Shown: one piece after another, positions 37,594 to 48,768 of the stretch
How positions within the stretch are numbered: the first letter of the stretch is position 1
Layout of the letters: the number at the start of each line of letters is the position of its first letter
From: a virus
Taxonomy: Duplodnaviria > Caudoviricetes
Length of the DNA stretch: 60,717 bases
Direction: 5' to 3' (one strand)
Virus record (IMG/VR): IMGVR_UViG_3300036798_000105
Coordinates: 1 to 60,717 of that record
Program-made: the position numbers and the translations under genes
The notes under the pieces: model-generated
Database searches by the model: none
What the model was told of the DNA's origin: nothing
What the model saw: only the letters and a program-made list of their open reading frames with translations

Positions 37594-39539
37594 TATGCGT
37601 CCTTCCCTGCGATAGCCATCTCGCTGAGGCGACGGGGGCTAGCTGTCGATACCGCTGCGCGCTGCTCTTCGTTCAGGAGCGCGATCCATTCGTCGATGCT
37701 GTCTACCGATACGAGCCGGTAGATGGTGACCTGGTGCATGCGGCTCACCCGGTGAATACGGGAGAACAACTGCTCATCCCGGTCGGAGATCCATGGCATG
37801 TCGAGGACAACCATCTCATCGGCCGCGTCCAGGGTGATCGACTCACCGCCCGCATCACGGTTCAGGACGACTACGCGCAAGTTGTCGTTCGTGTCCTGGA
37901 ACCGCGCGACGAGATCCACACGGTCCCTGTCGCTAGTCGCGCCGGTAAGTGTCAGAACCTCCAGGCCCGTCTCCTTGCGAATCTGTTCGGCCGCTAGCCC
38001 GACGATGCTGCTGAAGCTGCTCGCGACCACAATCTTGGCTTCGGTATCCTCGCGTTCCTGGATGAAGTCGATAAGCCAGTCGATCTTGTTCGACGGCATG
38101 CGCGGGATTAGGTGTTGCCTGGTGTCACCTAGGACGTGGGCGGCTGTTGCGAATTGTCGGAGTCTGGTGATTTCAGCAAGGACTCCCGTCGCAGTGATCC
38201 GTGCGCCATCCTGGAGAGTTGCTTCGGCAAGCTTCTCCATATCCCAGTACGCTCGGGACTGGACTTGCTCCATGTCAAGCTGAACGTAACACTGACTGTT
38301 CGGGTCTTCTGGGTCGATGGGAGTTCCTGCGTAGTTGATTGGCGGGAGATCTGGTGCCGCATCTTTCTTCTCTCTCTTGATGTAGTGTGGGCGAAGCATC
38401 CGGTCCCATGTGTCCGGGTCGCGCGGTTCTAGGACCTTGCCGCCGTTCCCGACAATCTTGCCGTACCGGCCATCCTCGACACCGAAGTGCTGTTCAGCCC
38501 AGCTCCAGTAGCTGCTGAACTTCTTATCATCTAGCCAGTTGAGAGTTCCCCATCCTTTCTCAAGCTTGCTACGGAACGGAGTGCCTGACAAGGCTATGGC
38601 TAGCCCGCCGGGCCTGAGTCGCTTGCGTATCTTCATCGCGCCGAACCGGGCCTGTGTAATACGCTTGCTCTGGATGTTAGCGGTGCTGGCTAGCAGGTTG
38701 TGGCTCTCATCGAAGATGATCGCATCCCACGTTCGCTCCGTGAGGAACGGCCATTCAGGAGTCGCGTGGTACTCATGCTTGGGATGTCCGTACGGCGGAC
38801 GACTGTCCTCAAAGGCACATATGCCGCCCGGCCCGGACGGGCAGAATTCGCGGCGCTTCGCGCGGACCATCTCGATGTTTATGATCAACATCTTGCGAGT
38901 GCCGGGGATCTCTACGGAGTGATCTGCGAAGTCGGCCATAGCCTGCTCGCGTTCGGCTCGGCCACCCTGCGCAACGAACGTGGCGATTCCTGGCGCCCAG
39001 CGCATCGTCTCGCGCTCCCACACGGTACGTACCGCCGTACGCCGGCAAGCGACAAGGATCTCCTTGGCGTCATTCTCGATAACAGCGGCGAGTGCCTGAA
39101 GCGTCTTGCCAAGGCCGGGATCATCGCCAAGGATGACATTCTGACCGGCGAGGATGAAGGCGGTTCCCGCGATCTGGTATGAGCGATTACGCATCGCCCT
39201 CATCAGGTCCGGCGCTTCCGCCTCAACACGCGGGAAGCTGACCTTGTTGATCTTCTCCTCGCGGATATCCTCCAGCTGGTTTTCCTTGGCAACAGCCGCG
39301 CGAGCCCAGTCTGCGAGTGCCGGCAGGATCTCTAGATCTGAGCCGAATTCCTTGCGTAGTGCCCGACAGGTATCCATCGACAGCGGGTAGGACCATCCGA
39401 CGAATATGTTTGGCGTTACTGTCTTGTCCCAGTCCGCACGGGCACCTGGAACGTTCTTCGCTGCCCGAGGACCTTTGCCCCCGGCGTAATCAATCTTGGC
39501 AAGGACGCGCTTTCCGTCCGTCGTTACAACGGCCTTCAT
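37593..39539 (-). CDS. SNF2-type superfamily 2 helicase
   Basis: DDPGLGKT, DESH, LSGTP, GESITL, Q...RIHR. Confidence 0.92.
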   Translation of the reverse strand: MKAVVTTDGKRVLAKIDYAGGKGPRAAKNVPGARADWDKTVTPNIFVGWSYPLSMDTCRALRKEFGSDLEILPALADWARAAVAKENQLEDIREEKINKVSFPRVEAEAPDLMRAMRNRSYQIAGTAFILAGQNVILGDDPGLGKTLQALAAVIENDAKEILVACRRTAVRTVWERETMRWAPGIATFVAQGGRAEREQAMADFADHSVEIPGTRKMLIINIEMVRAKRREFCPSGPGGICAFEDSRPPYGHPKHEYHATPEWPFLTERTWDAIIFDESHNLLASTANIQSKRITQARFGAMKIRKRLRPGGLAIALSGTPFRSKLEKGWGTLNWLDDKKFSSYWSWAEQHFGVEDGRYGKIVGNGGKVLEPRDPDTWDRMLRPHYIKREKKDAAPDLPPINYAGTPIDPEDPNSQCYVQLDMEQVQSRAYWDMEKLAEATLQDGARITATGVLAEITRLRQFATAAHVLGDTRQHLIPRMPSNKIDWLIDFIQEREDTEAKIVVASSFSSIVGLAAEQIRKETGLEVLTLTGATSDRDRVDLVARFQDTNDNLRVVVLNRDAGGESITLDAADEMVVLDMPWISDRDEQLFSRIHRVSRMHQVTIYRLVSVDSIDEWIALLNEEQRAAVSTASPRRLSEMAIAGKDA

Positions 39540-39571
39540 TAAGGCCCCTTTCTCGCTCTCCCGGTAGCCTT

Positions 39572-39600
39572 ATCCTACCCTACCGGCCGCCGGAAAGCGA
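39572..39600 (-). promoter_or_regulatory. Predicted promoter TCGCTT-N17-TAGGAT
   Basis: Near-duplicate of 47814-47842; CA/TG-free. Confidence 0.6.
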
Positions 39601-39607
39601 ATTCTGT

Positions 39608-39862
39608 TTAGATGCCTAGTTTATTGCGTGTTTCGTGACCAGCTGGCCCTATGTACTTGAGTTCGCCCATCTTCATCTGGTAAGCTGGGTCCAACCATAG
39701 CCGCTTACCTTGGCCAGGAATGTACACGCGCATCGACCAGTAGTTTCCACGTCCGCGCTCCAGTACAACAAAACGGATTGTATGCGGAGTCCAGTCGGGC
39801 GGAAGCTTCCGGGTGCTCTCCCACACTTCCCCGACTTTCGGAAGTCCCGTGCGGGTAGGCAT
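39608..39862 (-). CDS. Hypothetical protein
   Basis: TAATG-coupled ORF. Confidence 0.55.
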   Translation of the reverse strand: MPTRTGLPKVGEVWESTRKLPPDWTPHTIRFVVLERGRGNYWSMRVYIPGQGKRLWLDPAYQMKMGELKYIGPAGHETRNKLGI

Positions 39863-40089
39863 TAGTAGTCGCCAGCTTCATGGTAACCGTGACTAGGCTC
39901 TTCAGGTGGTGAATTCTTACTCTCCTGCTTGTAATGCGTGTTGACGTTGTAGTTGCCCTGTTCGACTAGTTCTCGCGCGGTATTGAGGATCTCCAGGATG
40001 CCTTCTTTGCCCTTGACGGGGCCTCGAACGTCAATTATCATCTTGCCTATGTCGGACACCGTCACCAGCATCAAGATGCTTCTAGCCAT
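39862..40089 (-). CDS. Hypothetical protein
   Basis: Coupled ORF with SD GGAG. Confidence 0.55.
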   Translation of the reverse strand: MARSILMLVTVSDIGKMIIDVRGPVKGKEGILEILNTARELVEQGNYNVNTHYKQESKNSPPEEPSHGYHEAGDY

Positions 40090-40918
40090 TATTGTCTCCA
40101 GGTATTTCTAGGGATCGGATGTCGCCGCCGTGTATGGCCGAGGCAACTTTCCAGTTGGGGATGTAGTCGTTCAGTAGTTTCCGCCATGATACCCGTAGCG
40201 GCTTGTCTGGAGCATTCGTGTAGCTCGGCCATCTCTTGTGGATGATGTCTAGGCATTCCTTCTCGGCAGCGGTTCGTGCCTCTATGGTGCTGTACTTCGC
40301 GGCGAATCCTCCCGGGCTGTACCGCTTAGCTACCGACACCGCCTTGACGTCGCAGTGAGCGAGCCATGGAATTCCACGCTTGATACCTTGCCTGGCTAGT
40401 TCGGTATCCTCCCCGATCGTGTGAAGCTTAGTGTCGAAGTTCCCACAGTCGAGCGCTGTCTGGACGTTAAGTCCGAACACCTGAAACCCCCAGCCGCCAG
40501 GACACAGGATGGCACCATGGTTTCTGGAGATGGCTCCGCCGGTGAACATGTCATGGATGGATCGTGTAGCGCCGATGCCAAGTACTCCTGGCTTCTCGGC
40601 TTCCTCAAGCAGGAGGCTCGCGTTTGAGTTGGAGTGAATGTGGATGTCGTCATCGCTCATGATGATCGAGATGAGTGCCGTTTTCTTGGCATGCTGAACA
40701 CAGAAGTTCCGGGCGTACCCGATGCCGCGCGCGGACAGAGGCAGCGGGAGGATGTAGACATTCTTGCCCCAATTCTCCTCACGCTTGAGCTTGCCGTGGA
40801 TGCTGAATTCCATGCGGTCAACCACGAGCCGTACCTGAATGCCCTGGTCGATCCAGTTGGGTACGGTCTTGCGGAGCATGTCGATGCGGCTCATGGTTGG
40901 GATGTAAACTACATCCAT
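40082..40918 (-). CDS. GT-A fold glycosyltransferase (resembles phage DNA-modifying TAGT/GREB1-like enzymes)
   Basis: VYIPT..R, GIGYARNF, SDDDI (DxD), GED.EL, PGG motifs. Confidence 0.75.
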   Translation of the reverse strand: MDVVYIPTMSRIDMLRKTVPNWIDQGIQVRLVVDRMEFSIHGKLKREENWGKNVYILPLPLSARGIGYARNFCVQHAKKTALISIIMSDDDIHIHSNSNASLLLEEAEKPGVLGIGATRSIHDMFTGGAISRNHGAILCPGGWGFQVFGLNVQTALDCGNFDTKLHTIGEDTELARQGIKRGIPWLAHCDVKAVSVAKRYSPGGFAAKYSTIEARTAAEKECLDIIHKRWPSYTNAPDKPLRVSWRKLLNDYIPNWKVASAIHGGDIRSLEIPGDNNG

Positions 40919-41511
40919 TATTGTCCTCTATTCCTACGGCACTCAGGACCCGCACTAAGCGAACGGCTGAGCTCGTCAGTCAGGTGACGGTTACAGTGTC
41001 GGCAGTTCCCGATTTCCTGGCCGTACCTGAAGCCGGTCACTTCGACACCTTCGGCCAGGATCGCTTCCAGGACCGTGATCTTCATGAGCCTGCTGACGTT
41101 CAGGTCCGGCTTCCCGCCGACGATGCGCTTGACGAACGTACGCCCGGCGTATGCGCCCTGCTCCGGGCGATCTACCCGCCAGAAGTCGAAGTCATTGTTG
41201 CCGGTGAAGCTCTTGGTGGCGTAGTGCCCGCGTGGTATCGTGGAGTAGTCAGCGTCCTGGAACTTGGGGGCTTCCATCTTTGCTCGTTCCTCAATAGGGC
41301 ACTGTCCGTCGAGGTGGGAGACAACCCACTTGCCGTCACGGTTCTTGTCGACACGACCCGCCATCGACGGGACTAGGACGCCGCATCTCACGCACGCGTT
41401 CTCGTATTTGTTCTGGCGGTGATTTGACAGGTTCGATTCCGTCACGCCATAGCAGGCCCGCACGTCCGCGACGGTTTCGTGCTCATGACCCTTACCACAC
41501 TTGATACTCAT
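40918..41511 (-). CDS. Multi-zinc-ribbon protein (C-terminal CxxC.R.LTD..S...GP.C)
   Basis: Cys motifs; coupled to the glycosyltransferase. Confidence 0.65.
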   Translation of the reverse strand: MSIKCGKGHEHETVADVRACYGVTESNLSNHRQNKYENACVRCGVLVPSMAGRVDKNRDGKWVVSHLDGQCPIEERAKMEAPKFQDADYSTIPRGHYATKSFTGNNDFDFWRVDRPEQGAYAGRTFVKRIVGGKPDLNVSRLMKITVLEAILAEGVEVTGFRYGQEIGNCRHCNRHLTDELSRSLSAGPECRRNRGQ

Positions 41512-41555
41512 CGTATCTCATCTCTTCTCCGGCCGGTTCCTTACCGGCTAACCCG

Positions 41556-41584
41556 AGTATACCCTACGGAAGGCTTTCCGTCGA
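41556..41584 (-). promoter_or_regulatory. Predicted promoter TCGACG-N17-TATACT
   Basis: In a CA/TG-free island. Confidence 0.6.
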
Positions 41585-43412
41585 ATCGGCAGGAATCTCT
41601 TTCAGCTCACGTTCCATGAAGCCGTATACGTAATTGTTCAGGATCTGATTGTCTAGCCTGACCCAGACATCCCAGGTCCATTGTGGTTCATGTAGGTGTA
41701 CGACTGTGCCTGTTTTGCCGCTAAACAGCGAGCCGCTAGGTTCCTGCCTTACCCTGACTCGTGTCCCCGTCTTCACCACTCCTCACTGACCTTTACCCAG
41801 AAGTGTCGTGACCCTCCGGTCTTCAGCTTGACGGAGATGCGCACAGCATTCGGCGTGATCTCCTTTGCCTCGATTGATTCGACTTCCTCGGGCTGTGACT
41901 TCAGAGGCGGCGCTACGCCCGGCGGGAGCAGGTGATGCTGTACCGACGTGCGTATCATGTCACGTACCGGATCGTTCAGTTTGCCGGACATTGTTCTCCT
42001 AGAGGTATGGGTGAATAAGCGTGACGAACTGACGAGTCGTCATGATGACGATAACGAATACGGATTCAGGATTAAGGATGCAAGCAATCTCCATACAGAT
42101 GATAGTCTTCACTGACTGAAGTATTAGTTCCGGCATTGTGCCTCCAATAGGCCGGGCAGCCGGCCCCTGTTCGACTGCCCGGCAAAGGATTAATTCCAGT
42201 TGGACGTTTCTACATCAGGATCGGTTTTGTCAATTAGCCTCTTCTCACTCCACAGGTCTACGACGTTCGTCGCCGGGACTTCCTTGACCGTGTCTGCCTT
42301 ATCCCACAGATCTCCCCATAGGTCATTAGGCTTAGCGTCCGGCATCGAGTGTGGGTTACGCAGGTAGCTGTTCACCGCGTCACGCATGCCGTTGATCTGC
42401 CTCGCATGAGTCCGCGCGGGAATCTGCGTGCCGGTCACGGAGGTGAACGCCCAGTGTTGTAGGCGGCCGTGGACGATGACCTTCCCTACGGGGAGGTTGT
42501 CGTACGAACTGGAGATCGTGTAGATGGTCTTGCGCTTGTTGGGCGTCTTCACCTCGGTCACGATGTATGGCATTTACTTCTCCTCTGCTACCGGGATGGT
42601 GATAGAGAACTCTTCACTGGCCGCGTAATAGCTGGCCAGCTCATCAGCCGTGAGGTAGATGGTGCCGACGATGTCGACACGATACATCCCGTCGTGAATA
42701 CCCATGTCGCAGAACCTAGGCATGCCATTCGATATTCGAATCTTCATAGTGTCCTCGTGACGTTGTCCGGCGCGGTATACTTGGTCTTGTGAATTCCCGA
42801 ATGCTGACTACTAACCTTCAGCCACACGGACATCCCCGGGTGTTTGGTGTCCATATGTCCTTTCAGGATGGTAGGTGCGTGGCGTGGTGAGCTGACGCTT
42901 CGGGTGATGAGTGGATCGTCATGGAGCGGGCATTCAAACTTCCAGATGCCCTCACCATCATGTGTTGCCGTTAGGATCGGCATTGTTGTTCGCACCGTAA
43001 CCCTCCTCTACAATACGTAGCTTGACCGGCGAGTACTTCATGCCCTCATCCGCGCAGCCGCCACACATGGGGTATGGCTGATCGATGCATGCTGAGCATG
43101 CCCACTTAACGCGGACATGCCCCCTTTCACATTCCGCCTCGTACATGGTCTCGGTCGGGTTGCCGCACGGGATCATCAGCGGCCTATGTATTACCTCGCA
43201 CGTGCGCGTCACGGTAGCCTCTTGGATCTAGTCAGCGCCTCACGACGCCCTTCGAACTCTTTGCGTATCTTCTCGGTTGCCGCGAAGAATTCATCCATGT
43301 TGACTTGCCCGCGCAGAGCCTGCTCTAGCGCGTACTCGGCGGTGTCGCGACTCAGTAGTATACGCTCAAGCTTCCTGAACTTCGCAACAGCATCTTCAGT
43401 ACGCCAGTCCAT
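41564..43412 (-). other. Run of small leftward hypothetical genes (41564-41779, 41773-41991, 42190-42573, 42744-42995, 42958-43212, 43209-43412)
   Basis: Contiguous coupled ORFs with SD sites; no recognisable families. Confidence 0.6.
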
Positions 43413-43629
43413 CGATGCCTTCCCGGAGGGTTACCCTCCTTTTTCAGATCAGGCCAAGGAGGGTAACCCTCCCTTTTCTGGCACCCGCTTTTCGGGTACT
43501 CTCCCCCGATTATAGCGCGTCCGGCGCGGGTAGGGAAGACGTACGCGCGATTACCGGCCGTACGTACGGCTACCCCTACCCGCGCGGCGAGCGGACGCTA
43601 GCGCGCGCCGAGCGAAGCCTATGATGTTG

Positions 43630-44592
43630 TTACCCTAGCTCCTTGCGTTGTCCCGATGATGCCTGCGGGTTGAGGCTCGCCGTGTTGGCGTGCGCTACCC
43701 CCTTCTTGTATGCGGTCGCATTGAATGTAGATTTCTTGCCGGCCGTCTGCTTGGCGCTCGGGAAGTCGTCGGCTAGCGCGTCGGCTATGTTCTGGCTCTT
43801 GTCCGCTAGCACCAGTTCCGCGCCTGTCCCCCGCTGCCCGGCGATCTCACGGAGCCGCTGATTGATGCGGGCCAGGTAGCCGAGCGCCGCATTGCGCCGG
43901 TAGGTTTCTGATCCGGCGGGTGAAATTCTCAAAAAATTTTCTGCGCGGGAGGTCAGCTCGGCCTCGTAGGCTCGCTTGATGCGTGCGATCGACCGCGCCC
44001 AGCTCGCCCGCTCGCCCGTCTCGCGGTTCACGTACATATTCTGTGCCTCGCCCGGCTGCGATTCGACCTTGTACCAGCCGTACGCTTTGGCGATGTCGAA
44101 CCAGTTGAGTCCTGCGTTGTGGAGCTCATACGCATTCTCACCCAAGGTCTTATTGGGGTCTGGCTTTGGGAAGATCGCTCCAAGCATGTGGAGGTGGATG
44201 GTGGTGAACAGCATCTCAAAGTACCGGAGATCCGACTCATAGCCGTACACCCAGACGTACTCCTGGATGCCGGCCATCTTGTTGCCTGAGTGCTCCATCC
44301 AGATGGATGAACACTTACAGAACTTCGACACGATGTTGACCAGCGTCGCCAGCTCTGTGAGGAATGGGTTGCCTTCTTCGCCAAGATCAATCTTGACGCG
44401 AGTCGGCGTGAGGCCGACAGGTGCGTCCCTGGCTGTCTGCCATTCCTCGACAGCGTAACGCTGCATCATCACATCAGCTCGCTCGCGGCACGCATTAGCC
44501 TCGAACATGCTGTTCTGGTCCTTGGATGCCTCCAGGGACTCGGCTTTGCTGATCAGGGCGCGGATCTTGTCGAGAATGCGGTCGAGTTCCAT
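43630..44592 (-). CDS. DUF2786-like protein
   Basis: ILDKIRALI.KAES...EA.A....A...M.RY N-terminus; SD GGAG/AGG before ATG 44592. Confidence 0.7.
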   Translation of the reverse strand: MELDRILDKIRALISKAESLEASKDQNSMFEANACRERADVMMQRYAVEEWQTARDAPVGLTPTRVKIDLGEEGNPFLTELATLVNIVSKFCKCSSIWMEHSGNKMAGIQEYVWVYGYESDLRYFEMLFTTIHLHMLGAIFPKPDPNKTLGENAYELHNAGLNWFDIAKAYGWYKVESQPGEAQNMYVNRETGERASWARSIARIKRAYEAELTSRAENFLRISPAGSETYRRNAALGYLARINQRLREIAGQRGTGAELVLADKSQNIADALADDFPSAKQTAGKKSTFNATAYKKGVAHANTASLNPQASSGQRKELG

Positions 44593-44596
44593 TTGC

Positions 44597-46739
44597 CTAC
44601 TCCGCGCTGAAGCCGAACTTGCGTGCGGTAATCTCTGCCGTCTCCCAGTTGATTGCCTGCCTCGCAAGCTCTTCCTGATCCTGTCGGGCTGGCGCGGGTA
44701 GTTGCGGCCGGTACGCCGAGATGTACTGTCCGTGTACTCCGTCCAGGACTTCACCTCCAACTTCGGTATGATAGGACAGGGCGTTGCCGTTCGCGATTGT
44801 CGGCGACACCCATTCGACCTCATTCATTGTAGACAACCATGACCCGTGCCGTATGTCCATGGTAGGCATAATCACTGGCTCCGGGTGGTTAACGAACTTG
44901 ACGAGTACGTAGAACATACTTCTCCTTCAGGTCCTAGAACGGACGCTAAGCCGATTTCCTAGCGGGTACGTATTACCCTACCGGAGTAGCCTAGCGTCCG
45001 TCTAGAGCCGGTTTTACGCCTCTGGCAGAGGCTAGCGGAAACGGGACGCGAGACGGGATTCTACCCCCGATTTGTTAAGGGTGAGGCGGCCCTCTTTGAT
45101 CGCGAGCGGGCCAGCGACTCCTTCTGTCCCCCAGGTAGTGCCCGCGCGGACCTGTCGGAAGTGGCCCAGGATGGAGTACGCATGCCCCTGTAGCTTGTAG
45201 AAGGCGTCGTGGTCGCCAGGCTTGAAGCTGCCCGACACCGTGATGATGCCATCGCGACCGCGCACGGTCAGCCCGTAGCTTTGGGCCTCCTTCCTGATCT
45301 CTTCGGCTCTGACGTCTAGTTCCGACATCGTATTTCCTTTCCTTCCCTACCGGCCGGATTCCCTACCGTCCGCACGGCGCGTAGCCGTAGCCTAGCGGAC
45401 GCGCTAAGCCGCGCGCGTACCCGGGTACCTAGGCGTTAGCGCGCGGCGTAGCGTCGATCCTACGGCCTGACAGGAGTCATTAGCAAACGGGGAACGAGAA
45501 CGTTGAAGGGTCGGTCGCATTGAAGCATTGCGCCGAGGCAGGTGGTGCCGGATTCGCGATCTTGTTGAGGGTGCTGACGGCATTCACGCCGACAATGATT
45601 CCGGCGATGATGCTGACGGCCATCACAAGTGCGATGAACACGACCGCATTACGAGTCTGCCGTGCGTACCTGTCCCCGGCTGATTCTACGGGGATGGTGG
45701 TGATTATGTCTGTCATGATGATCCTTTGTTAGATGTCGGCTAGGCCGCAGACAATCGCGATCCAGGAGTCGAGTTCAGAAACGGTGTTGATGTTGATCGT
45801 CTTCCCGGCACGCTTGCCGTAGCCTTGTGCCTTGCCGGTTATGAACCTGACTTGTGGACCCTGATTGCCTGGCTTCTTCTGTAGCCAGCCGACCGAGTAC
45901 AGGTTCTTGGCGAACAGGTTCTTGCCCTCAATGCTGAGGTAGTAGATCGTGCCGTTGTCGTACTCCTTGATCTCGATGGTTGCCGTGTGGTATCTGGCCT
46001 TCTGGTTGATGGCATTGGCGTATGCCTTCGCGATCTCAAAGGCGTTGCCCCTTACCCTGATGGGCATCAAGCCTCCTTGTTGAGTGGCCGGTTCTGAGCA
46101 CCGCGCGCGACCAGCCAGTCATTGAATGCCTCGTAGGTTGCGGCCTTGGTCCTGATGTCCGTGCCCATCGCCTCATTGGCTAGGACTCTCGCACTGCGGC
46201 CGCGCCGCTTGAGTCCCCTAGTTTCGAGCCATAGCGCACCGCGCACAGCCAGGAGCCTGACGAACTCGATGTTGTCTGCCCCGGTGATCACGATGGCCGG
46301 TGTAGGGTCTTGCGCTTCCATTTCAGCTCCTGGGTTCCCGTAGTTGTCGAGGTGGTCATCAAAGCCCTTCATCGTGTCCTGCCCCTGATAGCAGTTATGA
46401 TTAGCAGGATGATCATCACCGTGACAATCGTCAGGATCATGCCTGCTATATCCATTATTAGCGGGTAGTACGTCATCACTTCCCCTGGTTCAGGTGAGCC
46501 CAGAGCTGGGACTCGTAGCTGGCGATCCGGCGGTCATGGCTGATGATGGCAGCTCGCTTCGCGCGGACTTGGTTCACGCGGTGACGCCGCGCCGCGATTC
46601 GGAACGGCAGGCCTACTAGCCACACCGTCGTCAGGAATGCTCCCTTCAGGATGAGGAAGTGGATGTACAGGATGAACCCGATAAGTTTGAGCAAGAGCGG
46701 AATCGCCCTGGCCACGAAGTAGACTGTTAGGTAGATCAT
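44597..46739 (-). other. Run of small leftward genes (44597-44917, 45032-45328, 45480-45716, 45729-46070, 46067-46372, 46369-46455, 46476-46739), three with TM segments
   Basis: Coupled ORFs; hydrophobic segments read directly. Confidence 0.6.
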
Positions 46740-47767
46740 TACGACTCCTGCTTGATGACTGGCTTCATGACTGGCTTCGGGCGTACGCCGCTACGCTTCG
46801 CGCGGCTATTGGCTGTCGGTAGGATCAGGCTCGGCAGCTTCGGCTTCTCTTTCTTTGGCATTGGGATACTGGATCGCGTTCCTACATCTAGTGCCCGGAC
46901 GGTCGCGGTTTCGACCAGAGCCTGTTCGCCGGTTGGGACGCCATCGTCATCCTCGTAATCCTGGTACCATGAGCACGGCTCGATGTAGTAGCCGAATGGC
47001 TCAAACATCCTGCCGAACTTGTTTTTCTCGCAGACGATCGTAGCGCCGGGGAATCCGCGCCCGGCACCGCTGTCCGGCTGAACCTGGATGACGAAGTCGG
47101 CGGCATTGAACAGCCGTCCCGAGCCAGACATCTTTGAGCCGTTCCCGACTGGGTGAGCTACCGCGAGTACAACGCAGTCGAGTTCCCGCGAGAGCCACTT
47201 CATTCCCTGGATACTACGGTTCGCACTGGCCTCATTGGCGATCGACAAGCTCGGCGTAAAGTCAGAGAAGCTGTCGAGTATGACGAGCTGAAGGTCAGGG
47301 ATCTGGCGCAGCGCGTCGGCCGTAGCGCGTAGGGACTGGGTTGGCTCTCCCTGGTTCGCCAAGGGCAGGATGAACGGCTCGGTCATATAGAACAGATTGT
47401 CGTCCGTATACGGGGGAAGCTCGTCAAGCCACATCTTCGCACCCTCCATCTCACCGCCTCTCGCTTCAGCGATCTGCGCGGCGATGGCTACCCGGTCATT
47501 CTGCTCCCTGGCTAGCCGCGCCTGCTTCCGTACGCCCGCGTCATACAGGCCTTCACCCAGGCAGATCGCTACACTGCCTTGAGCTACCCGACGGCCAAAG
47601 AACTCGGTGCCGTTCGTAATGGCTAGGGCTAGCTCGCCATTCGTGACCAGCGACTTCCCGACGCGCGACGGACCCCAGATAAAGCCGACACCTACCAGTG
47701 GGATCATTCCCTCGACCAGGAAGTCCGGTGGGGACGTATCCAGGTCTTCCGCATTCACCAGCGTCAT
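46739..47767 (-). CDS. RecA-fold AAA helicase-like ATPase
   Basis: FLVEGMIP, GPSRVGKS, LVILDS, VAH, GSG....AD, KNK. Confidence 0.8.
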   Translation of the reverse strand: MTLVNAEDLDTSPPDFLVEGMIPLVGVGFIWGPSRVGKSLVTNGELALAITNGTEFFGRRVAQGSVAICLGEGLYDAGVRKQARLAREQNDRVAIAAQIAEARGGEMEGAKMWLDELPPYTDDNLFYMTEPFILPLANQGEPTQSLRATADALRQIPDLQLVILDSFSDFTPSLSIANEASANRSIQGMKWLSRELDCVVLAVAHPVGNGSKMSGSGRLFNAADFVIQVQPDSGAGRGFPGATIVCEKNKFGRMFEPFGYYIEPCSWYQDYEDDDGVPTGEQALVETATVRALDVGTRSSIPMPKKEKPKLPSLILPTANSRAKRSGVRPKPVMKPVIKQES

Positions 47768-47813
47768 TCTTCCCGCCCTTTCCTACGGCCGCTCGCTAGC
47801 GGCCTACTCCGTA

Positions 47814-47842
47814 AGTCTACCCTACCGGCCGCGCGGAAGCGA
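47814..47842 (-). promoter_or_regulatory. Predicted promoter TCGCTT-N17-TAGACT
   Basis: In CA/TG-free island 47767-47846. Confidence 0.6.
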
Positions 47843-47898
47843 ATCTTGTTTAATGTGTTGAAGCCCAGCCACACCCCGCATGGCTGGGCCTCAATTCG

Positions 47899-48393
47899 TC
47901 AGTCTGGCGGGTCCATGATGTCCCACCAGGATGGCGGCGGATCGTCAGTCCTGGGGCCATTCCAATGGCCGTCAGTCATGTCTTCAAGTTCCGCTTCGGC
48001 GCGGAAGCGCTCCTCGCGGGTCAGCGTCTTGTCGAGCGCTATGCGCTTCAGGTTCTGGACGTACTCGGAATCTGACGTCGGTGGCCCGGTCACATCTTCG
48101 AATGGCTCCTGCTCCAGCGTGATGCCGATCTCGCCGCCATTCTGCTCGTGGTAGTCGTCCAGGATTGAGACGAATGGGATGAAGTCGTCATCGACATCCA
48201 CGAAGACGTCATTGAAGAGCAGTGTCCGGCCAGCTTCGGCACTGGGATCGACCGTCAGCTTGAAGTGGTCGGGACTGTGACTGGTATGTTCAGTCGTATC
48301 CCTGACGCGCGTGATCATGTACTGGTTGTCCGCCACCTGAGTGACGTAGATCTTCTCGGTGAGTGCCCACTCACGGAAGTTATCTGTCGACAC
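47899..48393 (-). CDS. Acidic hypothetical protein
   Basis: SD AGGAGG before GTG. Confidence 0.6.
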   Translation of the reverse strand: MSTDNFREWALTEKIYVTQVADNQYMITRVRDTTEHTSHSPDHFKLTVDPSAEAGRTLLFNDVFVDVDDDFIPFVSILDDYHEQNGGEIGITLEQEPFEDVTGPPTSDSEYVQNLKRIALDKTLTREERFRAEAELEDMTDGHWNGPRTDDPPPSWWDIMDPPD

Positions 48394-48401
48394 TTGTCCT
48401 C

Positions 48402-48686
48402 CTAGGACTCGTCGCGGTTGATTGGGGCCGGAGGGACATCCAGGGACATCTCCTCCATGGTGTTGCCGTCATCGACCGGGGACATCGACTCGGCGCAGTC
48501 CTGCGTCAGGATGGCATCGGCCAGCGAGTGGAGAATGGCGGACACGGTCTCACGGTTAATTCCGTGCCCTAGAGCGATCCGCGCGGCCACGGTTGAGTTG
48601 TACTCGAAGAGGTTGAGCGCAAAGCTATCACGCTCACGCTTCCACTGCTCTTGGAGCTTGTCGCTAGTTTCCTTGTCGATTGGCAT
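48402..48686 (-). CDS. Hypothetical protein
   Basis: SD GAGG before ATG 48686. Confidence 0.55.
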   Translation of the reverse strand: MPIDKETSDKLQEQWKRERDSFALNLFEYNSTVAARIALGHGINRETVSAILHSLADAILTQDCAESMSPVDDGNTMEEMSLDVPPAPINRDES

Positions 48687-48768
48687 TTCCTCGCCTTTCT
48701 CTCCGGCCGCGCGTTCGCGACCTATCGCTAGGGTACCCGAACGCGCGCCGGAAAGCGAATCGGACAAA

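Noticed and set aside
44593-44823. N-terminal extension of the DUF2786-like ORF
   Set aside because: Overlaps gene 44597-44917; the domain and SD begin at ATG 44592.
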